Shown in pieces: positions 38,291 to 49,263 of a stretch of DNA of 64,000 nt (its first letter is position 1; each line of letters begins with the position of its first letter). This DNA is from Thermovirgaceae bacterium (GTDB taxonomy: Bacteria; Synergistota; Synergistia; Synergistales; Thermovirgaceae), in the NCBI GenBank assembly GCA_049974965.1, contig JBNGCT010000001.1, positions 2,624-66,623 of the forward strand, given 5' to 3'. The position numbers were made by a program, and so were the translations under genes. The notes beneath the pieces are model-generated. The model had not been told where the DNA came from and did no database searches. It saw only the letters and a program-made list of their open reading frames with translations.

Positions 38291-39283
38291 ATGACAAAAA
38301 GGGTTTTCAGCGGAATGCGGCCGACGGGGAAGCTGCACCTGGGACATCTGGCCGGGGCCTTGTCAAACTGGGTGAAACTCCAGTATGAATATGACAGCTA
38401 TTACTGCATCGTGGACTGGCACGCCCTGATGTCGGATTACGCAGACAGCAGCGGCATCAGGCAGAACTGCAGGGAGGTCCTTCTTGACTGGCTTGGGGCG
38501 GGTCTGGATCCGGAAAAGGCGACGATCTTCGTGCAATCCCATGTCCCGGAACACGTGGAGCTCCACCTCGCCTTTTCCATGATCACCCCCCTGGGCTGGC
38601 TTGAAAGGTGCCCCACCTACAAGGAACAGATCATCAACATACAAAACAAGGATCTCAGCACTTACGCGTTCCTTGGATACCCTGTCCTGATGGCTGCGGA
38701 TATCCTGGTTTACAAGGCCGAATTTGTTCCCGTAGGAGAAGATCAGTCGGCTCATCTTGAACTCACCAGGGAAATAGCACGCCGCTTCAATAATTTTTTC
38801 GGTCCCGTTTTTCCGGAACCCCAGACACTTTTGACGGCGACTCCGAAGGTTCCCGGCACGGACGGGAGAAAAATGAGCAAATCCTATGGGAACTCGATCA
38901 ACATCGCGGACAGCCCGTCCGAGATCTGGGAGAAGATCAGGACGATGATGACGGATCCTGCGCGTGAACGGCGGAAAGATCCCGGCGACCCCGAAAAATG
39001 TCCCGTCTGGGACCTTCACAAGGTCTTCAACGATGGAGCCGCGGAAAAGGAAGAAATCGCCGACGGGTGCAGGACGGCCGGAATCGGATGCATTGAGTGC
39101 AAGAAAAAGCTTTACGCCCATTTGATGGAAAGACTCGAGCCCGTGCAGAAAAGGCGGAACTATTATGCGTCGCACGGGGATGAACTTGATGACGTCCTGC
39201 GGGAAGGTGCGAAACATGCCCACAACGTTGCAGCGGTCACCATGGAGGAAGTTCTGCAAGCCATCGGTTTTGTGGGACGTTAA
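38291..39283 (+). CDS. trpS: Tryptophan-tRNA ligase
   Basis: SGMRPTGKLHLGH, YPVLMAADIL, VPVGEDQ, KMSKS. Confidence 0.97.
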   Translation: MTKRVFSGMRPTGKLHLGHLAGALSNWVKLQYEYDSYYCIVDWHALMSDYADSSGIRQNCREVLLDWLGAGLDPEKATIFVQSHVPEHVELHLAFSMITPLGWLERCPTYKEQIINIQNKDLSTYAFLGYPVLMAADILVYKAEFVPVGEDQSAHLELTREIARRFNNFFGPVFPEPQTLLTATPKVPGTDGRKMSKSYGNSINIADSPSEIWEKIRTMMTDPARERRKDPGDPEKCPVWDLHKVFNDGAAEKEEIADGCRTAGIGCIECKKKLYAHLMERLEPVQKRRNYYASHGDELDDVLREGAKHAHNVAAVTMEEVLQAIGFVGR

Positions 39284-39312
39284 GGCGGACCGGCATAAAA
39301 GGAGATACCCAC

Positions 39313-40086
39313 GTGTCCGAGCGGCAATTCGAGATAGAAATCGAAGGTTTTTCGGGACCACTGGATGCGCTCTGTCAACTTCTTGAAAGCCGGGAAATAG
39401 AGGCATCGGCGATACAGGTAAGCGAAATCATTGCCACATATTCCGGCTTTCTAGCCAGGACGGGAAGGCTTTCGATTTACGAGGCCGCGGAATTTTTGAA
39501 CCTCTGTTCGCGAATTTTGCTCGGAAAGATCAAGGCCCTCCTTCCCTGCGCCGGTAAACCTGAAGCCGAAGAAATCGAAACCTCGAACGACGAGGCGGCA
39601 TTGCTGGAAGCCCTCGAACGATACCGTCCGTATCGTACCGCGGGCAATTTGCTCAAGTACCTGAAAAAACATCGCGAACGCCATTTCACAAGACCCGTTG
39701 AAGAAGGTCCTGTTTCGTATGAACTGGGCGACCTGTACTCGCTGTGCAGACTATGGTGGAGCCTCTATGCGGCTTTCAACGGAGCCGGCAATTCAAAGGG
39801 CGAATCCCTGGAAACATATTGGGAAGGATTCCCCGACCCGGTACCGGATGAAGAGCAAGTCGAAAAACGAATCAACCAATTGCAGGGGCGATTGCAACGG
39901 GGAAACGAAATCCCTTTGTCTGAACTTGTTCCGAAAGACGCCGGAAGGGCGATCCTGGTGGTCACCATCCTCGCACTTCTTGAAATGTGCCGGCTCGGGG
40001 ACGTGTATCTCCGCCAGGAAAACCGTTTCGGTCCGCTTCAGGTCAGGAGTGCAAAACATGCTGTCGATAACGGCACAATCTATTGA
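39313..40086 (+). CDS. scpA: Segregation and condensation protein A
   Basis: FSGPLDAL..L, V.TILALLE, Q...FG; upstream of scpB. Confidence 0.9.
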   Translation: MSERQFEIEIEGFSGPLDALCQLLESREIEASAIQVSEIIATYSGFLARTGRLSIYEAAEFLNLCSRILLGKIKALLPCAGKPEAEEIETSNDEAALLEALERYRPYRTAGNLLKYLKKHRERHFTRPVEEGPVSYELGDLYSLCRLWWSLYAAFNGAGNSKGESLETYWEGFPDPVPDEEQVEKRINQLQGRLQRGNEIPLSELVPKDAGRAILVVTILALLEMCRLGDVYLRQENRFGPLQVRSAKHAVDNGTIY

Positions 40087-40627
40087 AGCGCTCCTTTTCG
40101 TGACAACAGAACCCGTTTCCGAAAAGGAACTTGCCTCGGTTCTTTCCCGGGAGGCAAGTGAGATCACCGCGGCGATAAACGAATTAATAGAACATTATAA
40201 TGATCATCACGGCCTCAGGCTGATCCAGATCGGCTCGGGATGGGAAATGGTAACATCTGACAATATGACAGATATCCTGGCATCATTCCGGGACACCTGT
40301 CAGAAACAGTGTTTGCGCCTTAGCAAGGCAGCCCTCGAGACGCTGGCAGTGGTAGCCTACGCCCAGCCTGTTACACGCGCGGAAATCGAGGAAATTCGTG
40401 GGGTGCGCTGCGATCGTGTTCTTGAGACCCTCCTTTCCCATGGGCTTGTCAGAGTCGCCGGCCGAAAACCGGGAACGGGAACACCTCTTTTGTATCGAAC
40501 CACCGATACCTTTCTCGAGCGTTTCGGGCTGAATTCGATCTCCGATTTGCCGACACTTGATGAAATAAGCGACATGGCCGCCGAAATGGAAACAAGAGGC
40601 ATAGATAGTGAAGATAATGGAGAATAG
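40058..40627 (+). CDS. scpB: Segregation and condensation protein B
   Basis: IEALLF, LSKAALETLAVVAYAQPVTRAEIEEIRGV, YRTT..FL..FGL. Confidence 0.95.
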   Translation: MLSITAQSIEALLFVTTEPVSEKELASVLSREASEITAAINELIEHYNDHHGLRLIQIGSGWEMVTSDNMTDILASFRDTCQKQCLRLSKAALETLAVVAYAQPVTRAEIEEIRGVRCDRVLETLLSHGLVRVAGRKPGTGTPLLYRTTDTFLERFGLNSISDLPTLDEISDMAAEMETRGIDSEDNGE

Positions 40628-41363
40628 CCGGAACGCCAAAGCGGGAATGCGCCTGAACAGGTATCTTGCGGCCTGTGGTCTTGGCTCCAGGCGCAAGGTG
40701 GAAGAGTTGATCAAGAACGGGAGGGTCTTTCTGAACGGGTCAAAAGCGGAAAGCCCGGGACTGCGCGTTCGTGCCGATGATCGTGTCGAAGTTGACGGCG
40801 TCATCGCAGAACCGGAAGAAGTCCTTTATGTCCTTTTCAACAAACCCAGGGGTTTCGTCTGTTCCGTAAAGGACCCTCACAACAGAACGGTATTCGATAT
40901 CCTGCCGCGCGAATACGCCGGACGGGGCCTGTTCCCGGTGGGACGGCTCGACAAGATGTCCGAGGGGCTTATCGTTCTGACAAACGACGGGGAAACAGCC
41001 TTCCGGTTGACCCATCCGGGTGAGGGGACGAAAAAGTCCTACGACGTGCTCATGGCGACTCCCGTGGGAGAGGGACAAATCAAGGCGTTGCGAAAAGGTG
41101 CCCCGCTGGACGGAAAAAACGTCAGGCCCTTGCTTGTGGCGAAAATTTCCAGAGAGCCCGAAGACTACTGGGTGAGATTCGTCCTGAATGAGGGAGTCAA
41201 ACGGGAAATCCGCCGGCTTTCAAAGAACGCCGGGCTGAAAATCAGGCGGTTGATACGCACAGGCGTCGGGGAAATGCGGCTTGAAAAGCTCAAACCGGGC
41301 GAATGGAGAAAAATATCTAAAACGGAGCTTTTCACCATGATAGAGCAGGGCGGCATTGTCTAG
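40608..41363 (+). CDS. rluB: rRNA pseudouridine synthase (RsuA/RluB family)
   Basis: MRLNRYLA..G..SRR S4 domain, NKPRG, VGRLD. Confidence 0.88.
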   Translation: MKIMENSRNAKAGMRLNRYLAACGLGSRRKVEELIKNGRVFLNGSKAESPGLRVRADDRVEVDGVIAEPEEVLYVLFNKPRGFVCSVKDPHNRTVFDILPREYAGRGLFPVGRLDKMSEGLIVLTNDGETAFRLTHPGEGTKKSYDVLMATPVGEGQIKALRKGAPLDGKNVRPLLVAKISREPEDYWVRFVLNEGVKREIRRLSKNAGLKIRRLIRTGVGEMRLEKLKPGEWRKISKTELFTMIEQGGIV

Positions 41364-41374
41364 AGAGGTGACCA

Positions 41375-42067
41375 ATGATTTCAAAAAACCGGAAATTCCT
41401 CACGATTACCATCGATGGTCCCGCCGGGGCGGGCAAAAGTACGGTAGCCCGCCGTGTGGCCGAAAAACTGGGGTTTGAATACCTCGACACGGGCGCATTG
41501 TATCGGGCCGTCACCCTCTACCTGCTCAACGAGGGGGTCCCGCCGGTTGATTCGTCGCGTCTTCAAAAGGCGTTGTGCGGCGTATCGGTAAGAATCGACT
41601 CGGACAGGGTCTATGTAAACGGGAAAGAGCTCTCCTCGCAAATCCGGGGCGTCGAAGTGGAGAGAAACGTTTCGGCTTATGCCAAGATCCCCGCAGTCAG
41701 GAAAAAGCTTTTGAAGATACAGCACGAACATGCTCAAAGGTGCGACATGGTCGCCGACGGGCGTGATATGGGAACAACTGTTTTCCCGGAAGCAAACCTC
41801 AAAATCTACCTTGTGGCGAACCTTGCAACGCGGGCGTTCCGCCGGTGGAAAGATCTGGAAGCTGCAGGAGCCAGGGCTTCCGTGGAAGAAGTCCAGGAGC
41901 AGGTGCTAAAGAGAGACAAGGTGGATACCAATCGCAGCCAATCGCCGCTCCGGGTTCCTTCCGGCGCACAAATCATCGATACATCCGTAAAGGCAATATC
42001 GGAAGTGGTCGATATCATTTTCGAAAAGGCGGCACGGCTTCGCGAGGAAAGGAGAAATGACCCTTGA
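41375..42067 (+). CDS. cmk: Cytidylate kinase
   Basis: IDGPAGAGKST, LDTGALYR, DGRDMGTTVFP. Confidence 0.96.
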   Translation: MISKNRKFLTITIDGPAGAGKSTVARRVAEKLGFEYLDTGALYRAVTLYLLNEGVPPVDSSRLQKALCGVSVRIDSDRVYVNGKELSSQIRGVEVERNVSAYAKIPAVRKKLLKIQHEHAQRCDMVADGRDMGTTVFPEANLKIYLVANLATRAFRRWKDLEAAGARASVEEVQEQVLKRDKVDTNRSQSPLRVPSGAQIIDTSVKAISEVVDIIFEKAARLREERRNDP

Positions 42068-42726
42068 GGTGGTTTCGCGAACGCGTTTTCTACGTTGTCG
42101 CCTGGGTCTTCTGCCGTATCGTTCTCACCCTGTACAACCGGATGACCGTTCATGGGCTGAAGGAAGCTTTGGGCCACCGGGGCCCGGTAATTATCGCCGC
42201 AAACCACTGCAGCAACCTGGACCCTATCGTGGTCGGGTGCGCCTCCCCTCGTCGCTTGCGTTATCTTGCAAAATCAAGTCTTTTCGAAGTCCCGTTCCTC
42301 GGTCGGATCATTCGATGGCTCGGTGCCATTCCTGCCAGAAGGGAGGAATCGGCCGGCGCTGCTTCAGCACTAAAGACACTGATACGATTGATCGATTCCG
42401 GAGAAAGCGTCCTTGTCTTTCCAGAGGGACAACGGTCGCCGACAGGAAAGCTCCAGCCGCTTGAAGAGGGGGCAGGAATGCTTGCAGCGAAGACCCGTTG
42501 CGTTGTTCTCCCTGTTTTTATCAAGGGAAGCTACGACGCATTACCCAGGCACCGGTCCTTCTACAAGCCTTCAAAAATTACGGTGTATTTCGGGTCCCCC
42601 TTTGAGCCGGAAAAGGCGGCGGGATCGGAATCTTCGAGGGAAATCCGCAAGGCCGTTACAAAACGGCTTGAAGAGGAACTCCGGAAGCTGTCGGAAAAGG
42701 CCGGTGTAAAAAGGGACGCTCCCTGA
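42064..42726 (+). CDS. plsC: 1-acyl-sn-glycerol-3-phosphate acyltransferase
   Basis: NHCSNLD, FPEGQRS. Confidence 0.92.
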   Translation: MRWFRERVFYVVAWVFCRIVLTLYNRMTVHGLKEALGHRGPVIIAANHCSNLDPIVVGCASPRRLRYLAKSSLFEVPFLGRIIRWLGAIPARREESAGAASALKTLIRLIDSGESVLVFPEGQRSPTGKLQPLEEGAGMLAAKTRCVVLPVFIKGSYDALPRHRSFYKPSKITVYFGSPFEPEKAAGSESSREIRKAVTKRLEEELRKLSEKAGVKRDAP

Positions 42727-42799
42727 AGAGATCGTGCGTTTCCCATGAACTGCGTCCCGCGAAGCACCAAAAACTCATCGAAAGGGTGGTCGTTACCGA

Positions 42800-43687
42800 A
42801 TGCTGAAAAGCATGACGGGATACAGCAGGGTCCAGGGTTCCTTCGAGTGGGGGACGGTAACCCTCGAGGTTTCCAGCGTGAACCACAAGTACCAGGATAT
42901 TTCCATCCGTTTGCCAAAGGAACTGTCAGGCGCGGAGCCCCTTCTGCAAAAACGCCTGCGCTCGGCTTTCCGGAGAGGAAAGGTCCTGCTCCGGTCCGAT
43001 GTCTGCTGGTCACAAGCCTACAGGTCCTATTATGTCAACAGCGATATTCTCAAGGGATACGTGAGTAACATACAAAAGACTTTTGCCGATCTGGGGCTTG
43101 AAAGAGTACCGCAAATCGAGCCTCTGTTGAATCTTCCAGGAGTCCTGGAGCCTGCCGCTTCCAAAGACGCATCCTCGTTGGAAGCAATTGGAAAAGACAT
43201 GAAATCCTTGCTCGAATCCGCCCTTGAGGATTGGAATGGCATGCGCAAAACCGAGGGAAGACACCTCGCTGAAGATATTATGGCCCATCTCGTTGACCTC
43301 GAGAACCGGATCAAAACCCTGGGAAAACGCTGGCCCGAGGCACGGGATGCCGCTATAGATGTTTTCAGGGAAAGGATCAGCACATTGCTCGCCGGGCAGG
43401 AAATAGCCCCGGACGAAGCCAGAATCGCCCAGGAGATAGTGATCCTGAATGACAAATGGGATATAACCGAAGAAATAGCCAGGCTTGGAAGTCACGTGGC
43501 GAAATTCAGGGAAATCATGGATAATGTTGAGGTTTTAGGCAAAAAACTGGATTTTCTCGTTCAGGAAATGAATCGTGAAGTCAACACCATCGCGTCCAAG
43601 AGCAACGATTCCACTCTCAGATGGGAAGCAGTAGAAGCCAAATCAACACTGGAAAGCATTCGGGAGCAGATCCAGAACGTGGAGTGA
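42800..43687 (+). CDS. yicC: YicC/YloC family endoribonuclease
   Basis: [44 protein letters not shown]. Confidence 0.95.
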   Translation: MLKSMTGYSRVQGSFEWGTVTLEVSSVNHKYQDISIRLPKELSGAEPLLQKRLRSAFRRGKVLLRSDVCWSQAYRSYYVNSDILKGYVSNIQKTFADLGLERVPQIEPLLNLPGVLEPAASKDASSLEAIGKDMKSLLESALEDWNGMRKTEGRHLAEDIMAHLVDLENRIKTLGKRWPEARDAAIDVFRERISTLLAGQEIAPDEARIAQEIVILNDKWDITEEIARLGSHVAKFREIMDNVEVLGKKLDFLVQEMNREVNTIASKSNDSTLRWEAVEAKSTLESIREQIQNVE

Positions 43688-43692
43688 TGGAT

Positions 43693-43956
43693 ATGAAAAA
43701 CAGGCTGCTACACATCGGTTTTGGAAACATGGTTGTCAGCGACCGTATTGTATCGATTATTCATCCGACCTCGGCGCCCATCAAACGTCTCAAAGACGAG
43801 GCAAGAATGCAGGGCAGGCTTATCGATGCCACTGAGGGGAGAAAAACCCGGGCCATCATCATCACGGACAGCAATCATGTCATTTTGTCGGCCATACAAC
43901 CCGAGACGGTGTCTCTTCGGTTTGAAGGAGAAGAGGATGACGAAGAAGGGCTCTGA
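43693..43956 (+). CDS. remA: RemA/DUF370 family protein
   Basis: IGFGN.V...[33 protein letters not shown]. Confidence 0.93.
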   Translation: MKNRLLHIGFGNMVVSDRIVSIIHPTSAPIKRLKDEARMQGRLIDATEGRKTRAIIITDSNHVILSAIQPETVSLRFEGEEDDEEGL

Positions 43957-44539
43957 GGGAACCCTTTTCGTTATATCAGGGCCCAGCGGCGTCGGGAAGG
44001 GGACACTCCGGAAAGAGCTTTTCCGGCGACTAGGGAGGCTTTCCTATTCCGTTTCCTGCACGACGCGCACACCGCGAACGGGTGAAAAGGAGGGGGTCGA
44101 CTACTTCTTCCTGGACCGCGAAACCTTTGACAAGTTTCTCTCACGCGGGGCGTTTCTCGAATGGGCGGAAGTCCACGGGAACCTCTACGGCACACTGGAA
44201 GAGACGGTGAGAAATTCCCTGGCTGAAGGCAAGGATGTTATCCTTGAAATCGATGTCCAGGGCGCGATACAGGTCAAGGAGCGCATGCCGGAGGCCGTTT
44301 TTATTTTCATTTCTCCGCCAGGCGAGAGCGAGCTGGTACGACGGCTCAGCCAGCGGGGCACGGAAAAGGGACAGGAGCTCAAAAGGCGTCTGGAGAATGC
44401 CCGGAAAGAACTCAAAGCCGCATCCGATTACGATCACGTTGTCGTAAACGATAATATCAACCGGGCTTCTAAAGAACTGGTGGAGATCGTCAAATCCCAC
44501 AGAGACAAAAAAAATGATATACCTTTTTCGAAGAGGTGA
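43937..44539 (+). CDS. gmk: Guanylate kinase
   Basis: [29 protein letters not shown]. Confidence 0.97.
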   Translation: MTKKGSEGTLFVISGPSGVGKGTLRKELFRRLGRLSYSVSCTTRTPRTGEKEGVDYFFLDRETFDKFLSRGAFLEWAEVHGNLYGTLEETVRNSLAEGKDVILEIDVQGAIQVKERMPEAVFIFISPPGESELVRRLSQRGTEKGQELKRRLENARKELKAASDYDHVVVNDNINRASKELVEIVKSHRDKKNDIPFSKR

Positions 44540-44794
44540 TTGCAGGTGCAGCAAGACAAGGACAAAGCCAAACCAACAAACAAGTTTCTCGAAACACAGA
44601 TCATTGCGAAAAGAGCGAAGCAACTAAGCGAAAGAAAAGGGCAAAGCTTCCTGGAGGAAGGGAAAACAAATCCAATTGAACAGGCAATGAGGGAGTTGGC
44701 CGAGGGAAAGCTCCGGTTTATTCTTCCATCCCAAAAGGAGGCAGGGCCTTTGGAGGGAGCCGAGGATGGCGAAAACGGACTGGAAAAGGCATAG
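44540..44794 (+). CDS. rpoZ: RNA polymerase omega subunit
   Basis: AKRAKQL...NPIEQAMREL; gmk-rpoZ-coaBC synteny. Confidence 0.88.
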   Translation: MQVQQDKDKAKPTNKFLETQIIAKRAKQLSERKGQSFLEEGKTNPIEQAMRELAEGKLRFILPSQKEAGPLEGAEDGENGLEKA

Positions 44795-45992
44795 GAAGCT
44801 CCTGTTATGCATAACCGGAGGTATAGCGGCATATAAAATTCCCGAGCTGGTACGCGCCTTTTCACGAAGAGAATGGGATGTCGAGATAATCCTCACCGAA
44901 GCGGCAGAGCGTTTCGTTTCGGCTTTTACGCTTTCGGTGCTTTCGCGGCACAAGGTCTGGTATGAGGCCGATTTTCTGTCAAATGAACGGGGTTTCGAGA
45001 TACCTCATGTACGGCTTGCACAAAGCTGTGATGTCCTGGCAGTGGCCCCCTGCACCGCGACAACACTGGCGAATCTGGCCGCCGCTGATGCTTCGTCTCT
45101 GATCCCTGCTGCCGCCCTGGCCGCCAGGGCGCCGGTTTTGCTGTTCCCATCCATGAACACCGATATGTGGCAGCATAAAGGAGTCCAGCAAAACTGCCGG
45201 AAATGCCGGGAATATGGTTATATCATCGTCGATCCCGACCAGGGGCAACTGGCATGCCGAGAGGAAGGAAAGGGAAGACTTCCCGAAATTGAAATCATCG
45301 AAGAGGAAATCCTGAAGGCCGCCTGCCCCGGAAAAAAGGAACTCGACGGTCTCAGGGTACTTGTTACAGCCGGGCCGACCCACGAGTACCTCGACCCCGT
45401 CAGGTACATTTCAAACCCCAGCAGCGGCAAAATGGGTTTTTCGCTGGCGAAAACGGCCTGGTACCGCGGCGCCGAGGTTACAGCGGTAGCAGGTCCCGTC
45501 ATGATCAAACCTCCCCACGGAGTGCGTATCGTACCGGTCGTCGAGGCTGATCAGATGCTCGATGCCGTCTTGAGGGAATCAGAAGGGGCGGACATCATCA
45601 TCAAGGCCGCGGCCGTGGGGGATTACAAGGCGGCTTCGCCGTCTGCGCAGAAGATAAAAAGAAACCATGGACCGATGACCATTGAACTTTTTCCAAATCC
45701 GGACATTCTTGCGGAGCTCGGGAAAAAACGCAGGAAGGGACAAATACTCGTGGGTTTTGCAGCAGAAACACAGGACTTTGTGGAAAACGCCTCATCGAAG
45801 CTTTCAAGCAAGGGGATCGATCTTATTGCAGTAAACGATGTCCACGCACCAGGAAAGGGTTTCGCCGGGGACAGGAATGAAGTGACCGTCCTGGACTCTT
45901 CGGGAATCGTCTCCTGCCTTGCCGGCACAAAGGATGACGTCGCTGAAGGCCTTTGGGACGTAATCAGTGACAGGTGGCAGAAACAAACCTGA
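44766..45992 (+). CDS. coaBC: Bifunctional PPC decarboxylase / PPC synthetase
   Basis: TGGIAAYK, PSMN..MW, LAC...G.GR, TAGPT.E.LDPVRYISN.SSGKMG, GFAAET. Confidence 0.96.
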   Translation: MAKTDWKRHRKLLLCITGGIAAYKIPELVRAFSRREWDVEIILTEAAERFVSAFTLSVLSRHKVWYEADFLSNERGFEIPHVRLAQSCDVLAVAPCTATTLANLAAADASSLIPAAALAARAPVLLFPSMNTDMWQHKGVQQNCRKCREYGYIIVDPDQGQLACREEGKGRLPEIEIIEEEILKAACPGKKELDGLRVLVTAGPTHEYLDPVRYISNPSSGKMGFSLAKTAWYRGAEVTAVAGPVMIKPPHGVRIVPVVEADQMLDAVLRESEGADIIIKAAAVGDYKAASPSAQKIKRNHGPMTIELFPNPDILAELGKKRRKGQILVGFAAETQDFVENASSKLSSKGIDLIAVNDVHAPGKGFAGDRNEVTVLDSSGIVSCLAGTKDDVAEGLWDVISDRWQKQT

Positions 45993-47812
45993 TGGAATGG
46001 CTGTACGATGTGGTCCTCCCGGGGCCGTGGTGGCACCCCCTGACATATATCGGGAAAGAACCCGTTCCGCGGGGCTGCCGGGTCAGGGTCCCCGTAGGCA
46101 GGGGGGAGCGGACAGGCATTGTCGTCCAGTGTGCGCAGAGGGAAAAGACGCAGGAAAAGAGGCCCTTTTCCTTCAGATCAATAGAATACGCCATCGACAC
46201 GTCACCTGTCGTTCCTGAAGAGATCCTTCAAACCCTCCACCTTGCTGGAAAACATTTTTTCTGCGGCGCCGGAGAACTGATGAAGATCGCCTTCCCTTCC
46301 CCTTTTTTTGAGGGAGCGCCGGTCAGTCCGCCGGAAGAAAAGAAACATCCAGAGGAAGGCTCTTTCAGCATACTTTTCTGCAGAAAGGCCCGTGACAATG
46401 ACCGATTCGGGCATTACAGGGATTTTCTTGAAAACGGTTCCGGTCGGGGAAGTCTCGTTGTCTTCCCGGAAAGAAAGCAGGCCGAAAGATTCTGGGAAGG
46501 GATCAAGCCCGAAGTACGCGAAAAGGGCATCCTGTGGCCTTTCGGAACAGGGAAGCGCTTTTGGGAAGCGTGGAAAACGGTTTTGGCAGGGGAACGGAAC
46601 ATCGTCGTTGGTTCAATGGGAGCCCTTTTTGCACCGCTTGCGGGAATGGAAAAGGTCATCGTCGAAGACGAGGGCAGCCCGGCCTACTATACAAGACGGT
46701 TTCCCTTCATCCATGCCAGGTCTCTTTTGACATACCGGGCCAAATACTGGAAGGCCCAACTTCTTCTTGGCGGAGCCATGCCGTCTTCAAGGACCTACCT
46801 TTTTCAAAAGGGAAAATGTCCCGACGAAGCCAAGGGGCGGGTCATATTCGCCGATAGAAGGCAGGCAAGGGAATTCGATGTTCAGGGTGTTAAAAATCCG
46901 CTGAACGTTACCGATGCCGTTTTGACCAGAACCCAGGAAGCGGCCGCAGCCGGCAGAAACGTTTTGTGGCTTTTGGACAGGATCGGATATGCCTCCGGAA
47001 TCTGGTGCTGTGAGTGCGGACACGTTCTCGGCTGTGGAAAGTGCGGCACGGCCCTGCGATGGGAATCACGTGAATCCCTGGCGGTCTGTCCTTTCTGCCG
47101 AAACAGGGAAGATCTGCCCGAAAAATGCCCTGTATGCGGGGGCATGCTCATGGAGGGCGTCAGGCCCGGAATAGAAGCTTCCACAAGGCTCGCAACAGGA
47201 CTTCTCGGGGATGCCACGCGTGTTCATGAATGGCATGGCTCCCAAAAACGCGAAAAGACCAGCCGCCGGGATCTCGTGAAATCCCTGGAAGAAAAAGGTG
47301 GCATTGTGACAGGTTCAAGGAAGGCTCTAGAATTGTGCGATGAGCTTTTCGTAGATCTTGTTTGCTGGCTGGACGCGGACATGGAACTCTTGAAGCCCTC
47401 CTATGAGGTGAAATACAAAACGTTCCGGATGGTGTGGGAATCTTTGTGGAGGGGAAGAAACCCGGAGAGCAGGAGGGTTGTTCTGCAGACATTCAGGCCG
47501 GGAGCAGGCTGGCAGAAAGGCCTGGAAAAAGGGTGGCACCGGTTCTGGGAAACGGAACTCTCCGAGCGCCGGGAGCTCGGTCTCCCGCCCTGGAAATACC
47601 TTGTCGAAGTGCACGCGGGGAAACGAATAAAGGATGAAGTGCTTTCGGTGCTTGAAAAAACGGGTTTTGAATGCCTTGACCCGGAGCCGGGGCAGGAGCT
47701 TTTCTGGGTCAGAACCGCAAAGACGGAACCCTTGAGAAAAGCTGTGGAACCTTTTTTCTCCGTTTCCCGGTCAAAAAGGGGCTTCCCCCGTTTGAAAGTC
47801 TGGATAGACTAG
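45992..47812 (+). CDS. priA: Primosomal protein N' (PriA), degenerate helicase motifs
   Basis: N-terminal LTY...G.RV.VP 3'-DNA-binding domain, four CxxC pairs, R...GLPP; after coaBC; Walker A not recognisable. Confidence 0.82.
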   Translation: MEWLYDVVLPGPWWHPLTYIGKEPVPRGCRVRVPVGRGERTGIVVQCAQREKTQEKRPFSFRSIEYAIDTSPVVPEEILQTLHLAGKHFFCGAGELMKIAFPSPFFEGAPVSPPEEKKHPEEGSFSILFCRKARDNDRFGHYRDFLENGSGRGSLVVFPERKQAERFWEGIKPEVREKGILWPFGTGKRFWEAWKTVLAGERNIVVGSMGALFAPLAGMEKVIVEDEGSPAYYTRRFPFIHARSLLTYRAKYWKAQLLLGGAMPSSRTYLFQKGKCPDEAKGRVIFADRRQAREFDVQGVKNPLNVTDAVLTRTQEAAAAGRNVLWLLDRIGYASGIWCCECGHVLGCGKCGTALRWESRESLAVCPFCRNREDLPEKCPVCGGMLMEGVRPGIEASTRLATGLLGDATRVHEWHGSQKREKTSRRDLVKSLEEKGGIVTGSRKALELCDELFVDLVCWLDADMELLKPSYEVKYKTFRMVWESLWRGRNPESRRVVLQTFRPGAGWQKGLEKGWHRFWETELSERRELGLPPWKYLVEVHAGKRIKDEVLSVLEKTGFECLDPEPGQELFWVRTAKTEPLRKAVEPFFSVSRSKRGFPRLKVWID

Positions 47813-47841
47813 TCCCGTAAAATCCCTGGAAGGTGAAAAAG

Positions 47842-49176
47842 ATGGCTGTAGTAGCGATTATCGGGCGCCCGAATGTCGGAAAATCATCGCTTTTCAACCG
47901 CATAGCCGGACGCCGTGAAGCAATAGTTGACGACCAGCCGGGCGTAACAAGAGACCGGCTGTACACCCGTGCAGAATGGCAGGGGAAGGCATTTTATCTC
48001 GTTGACACGGGAGGGATGACGGGGTCTTTACGGAAGGATCTGGCGGGCGCCGTCTACCGTCAGGTTCAGACGGCCATTGAAGAAAGTGACGTCCTGTTGT
48101 TCGTGGTGGATGCCATGGACGGCAGTACGCCCCTTGATGAAGAAATCGCCCTGCAGCTGAGGAAAACCGGGAAGCCCGTAATACTCGTTGTGAACAAGAT
48201 TGATGATGTCGTCCATGAAAAGTGGGTGTACGATCTGTACTCACTTGGATTCGAAAACGTGGTTGGCGTCAGCTCTTCCCACGGGAGAAACATCGGAGAT
48301 CTCCTCGACACGATTCTTCCATACATTTCCGAAACTCCGATAAGCGAGGAGGCCCATGAAATCAAGCTCGCCCTCGTCGGAAGGCCGAACGTCGGAAAAT
48401 CAACACTGTTGAATGCTCTCGCCAAAACGGAACGGGCCCTTGTCGAAGATGTACCGGGAACGACGCGGGACTCCATTGACACACTTGTTTTCTTCGGTGA
48501 AAAGCCCTTTCGCATTATCGACACGGCTGGATTGAGGAAACGTTCAAAAATCCGGTCTGATGTGGAATTCTATTCCCTTGTGCGGACCCAGGCATCCATC
48601 GACAGAAGCGACATCACGATTCTCCTGATGCAGACAGATCCTCTCTGCACCGACCAGGACAAGAAAATTGCGGCCCACGTTGCTGACAAGGGAAAGGGGT
48701 TGCTTCTGGTGGTCAACAAGTGGGACCTTCTTTCAAAAGAACCTCGTTCAGGCGACCTGATACGCCGTACCGTCAGAGAAAAAATGCCCTTTGTCGATTT
48801 CGCGCCGCTTCTGTTTCTTTCCGCGAAAACCGGAAGAGGGCTGCAGAAAGTACCCGAGCTCGTGGAAAAAACAGTTGAAAACAGGAAGCGTGTGCTTCCC
48901 GACGAACTGCTGGGGAAAATCGTCAGGGAATCTTTCCTTTTCGAACGAATGCCTTCCGATAACAGGGGGAAAAAGCTTTCAATTTTCAAGTGCGTGCAAA
49001 CGGGAACAGAGCCACCTCATTTTGAATTCCGTGTAAACGATCCAAAGATTGTAACAACTTCTTTTGAACGACATGTTCATCGTTTTTTAAGAAATATTGC
49101 TGATTTTGAAGGCTCGCCGCTCCGAGTCACCTGGAAAACTGTCTCCCGAAAGCGAACCCGAAGCCTTCGGCCTTGA
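47842..49176 (+). CDS. der: Ribosome biogenesis GTPase Der
   Basis: Two GRPNVGKS domains, GVTRD/GTTRD, DTGG/DTAG, NKID/NKWD. Confidence 0.97.
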   Translation: MAVVAIIGRPNVGKSSLFNRIAGRREAIVDDQPGVTRDRLYTRAEWQGKAFYLVDTGGMTGSLRKDLAGAVYRQVQTAIEESDVLLFVVDAMDGSTPLDEEIALQLRKTGKPVILVVNKIDDVVHEKWVYDLYSLGFENVVGVSSSHGRNIGDLLDTILPYISETPISEEAHEIKLALVGRPNVGKSTLLNALAKTERALVEDVPGTTRDSIDTLVFFGEKPFRIIDTAGLRKRSKIRSDVEFYSLVRTQASIDRSDITILLMQTDPLCTDQDKKIAAHVADKGKGLLLVVNKWDLLSKEPRSGDLIRRTVREKMPFVDFAPLLFLSAKTGRGLQKVPELVEKTVENRKRVLPDELLGKIVRESFLFERMPSDNRGKKLSIFKCVQTGTEPPHFEFRVNDPKIVTTSFERHVHRFLRNIADFEGSPLRVTWKTVSRKRTRSLRP

Positions 49177-49263
49177 CCAGCTTGTTTCAACGTGATATTA
49201 ATACCACAAGGAGCACCATAGGTGGTTTCAGTCCCAGACTGAAAAAAAGGAGGTGCGTGAAGA

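Noticed and set aside
44537-44545. In-frame stop/start junctions gmk-TGA-rpoZ, ackA-TAG-yceD and 10394-10398 as readthrough fusions
   Set aside because: Each downstream gene has a canonical start right after the stop, so ordinary translational coupling explains them
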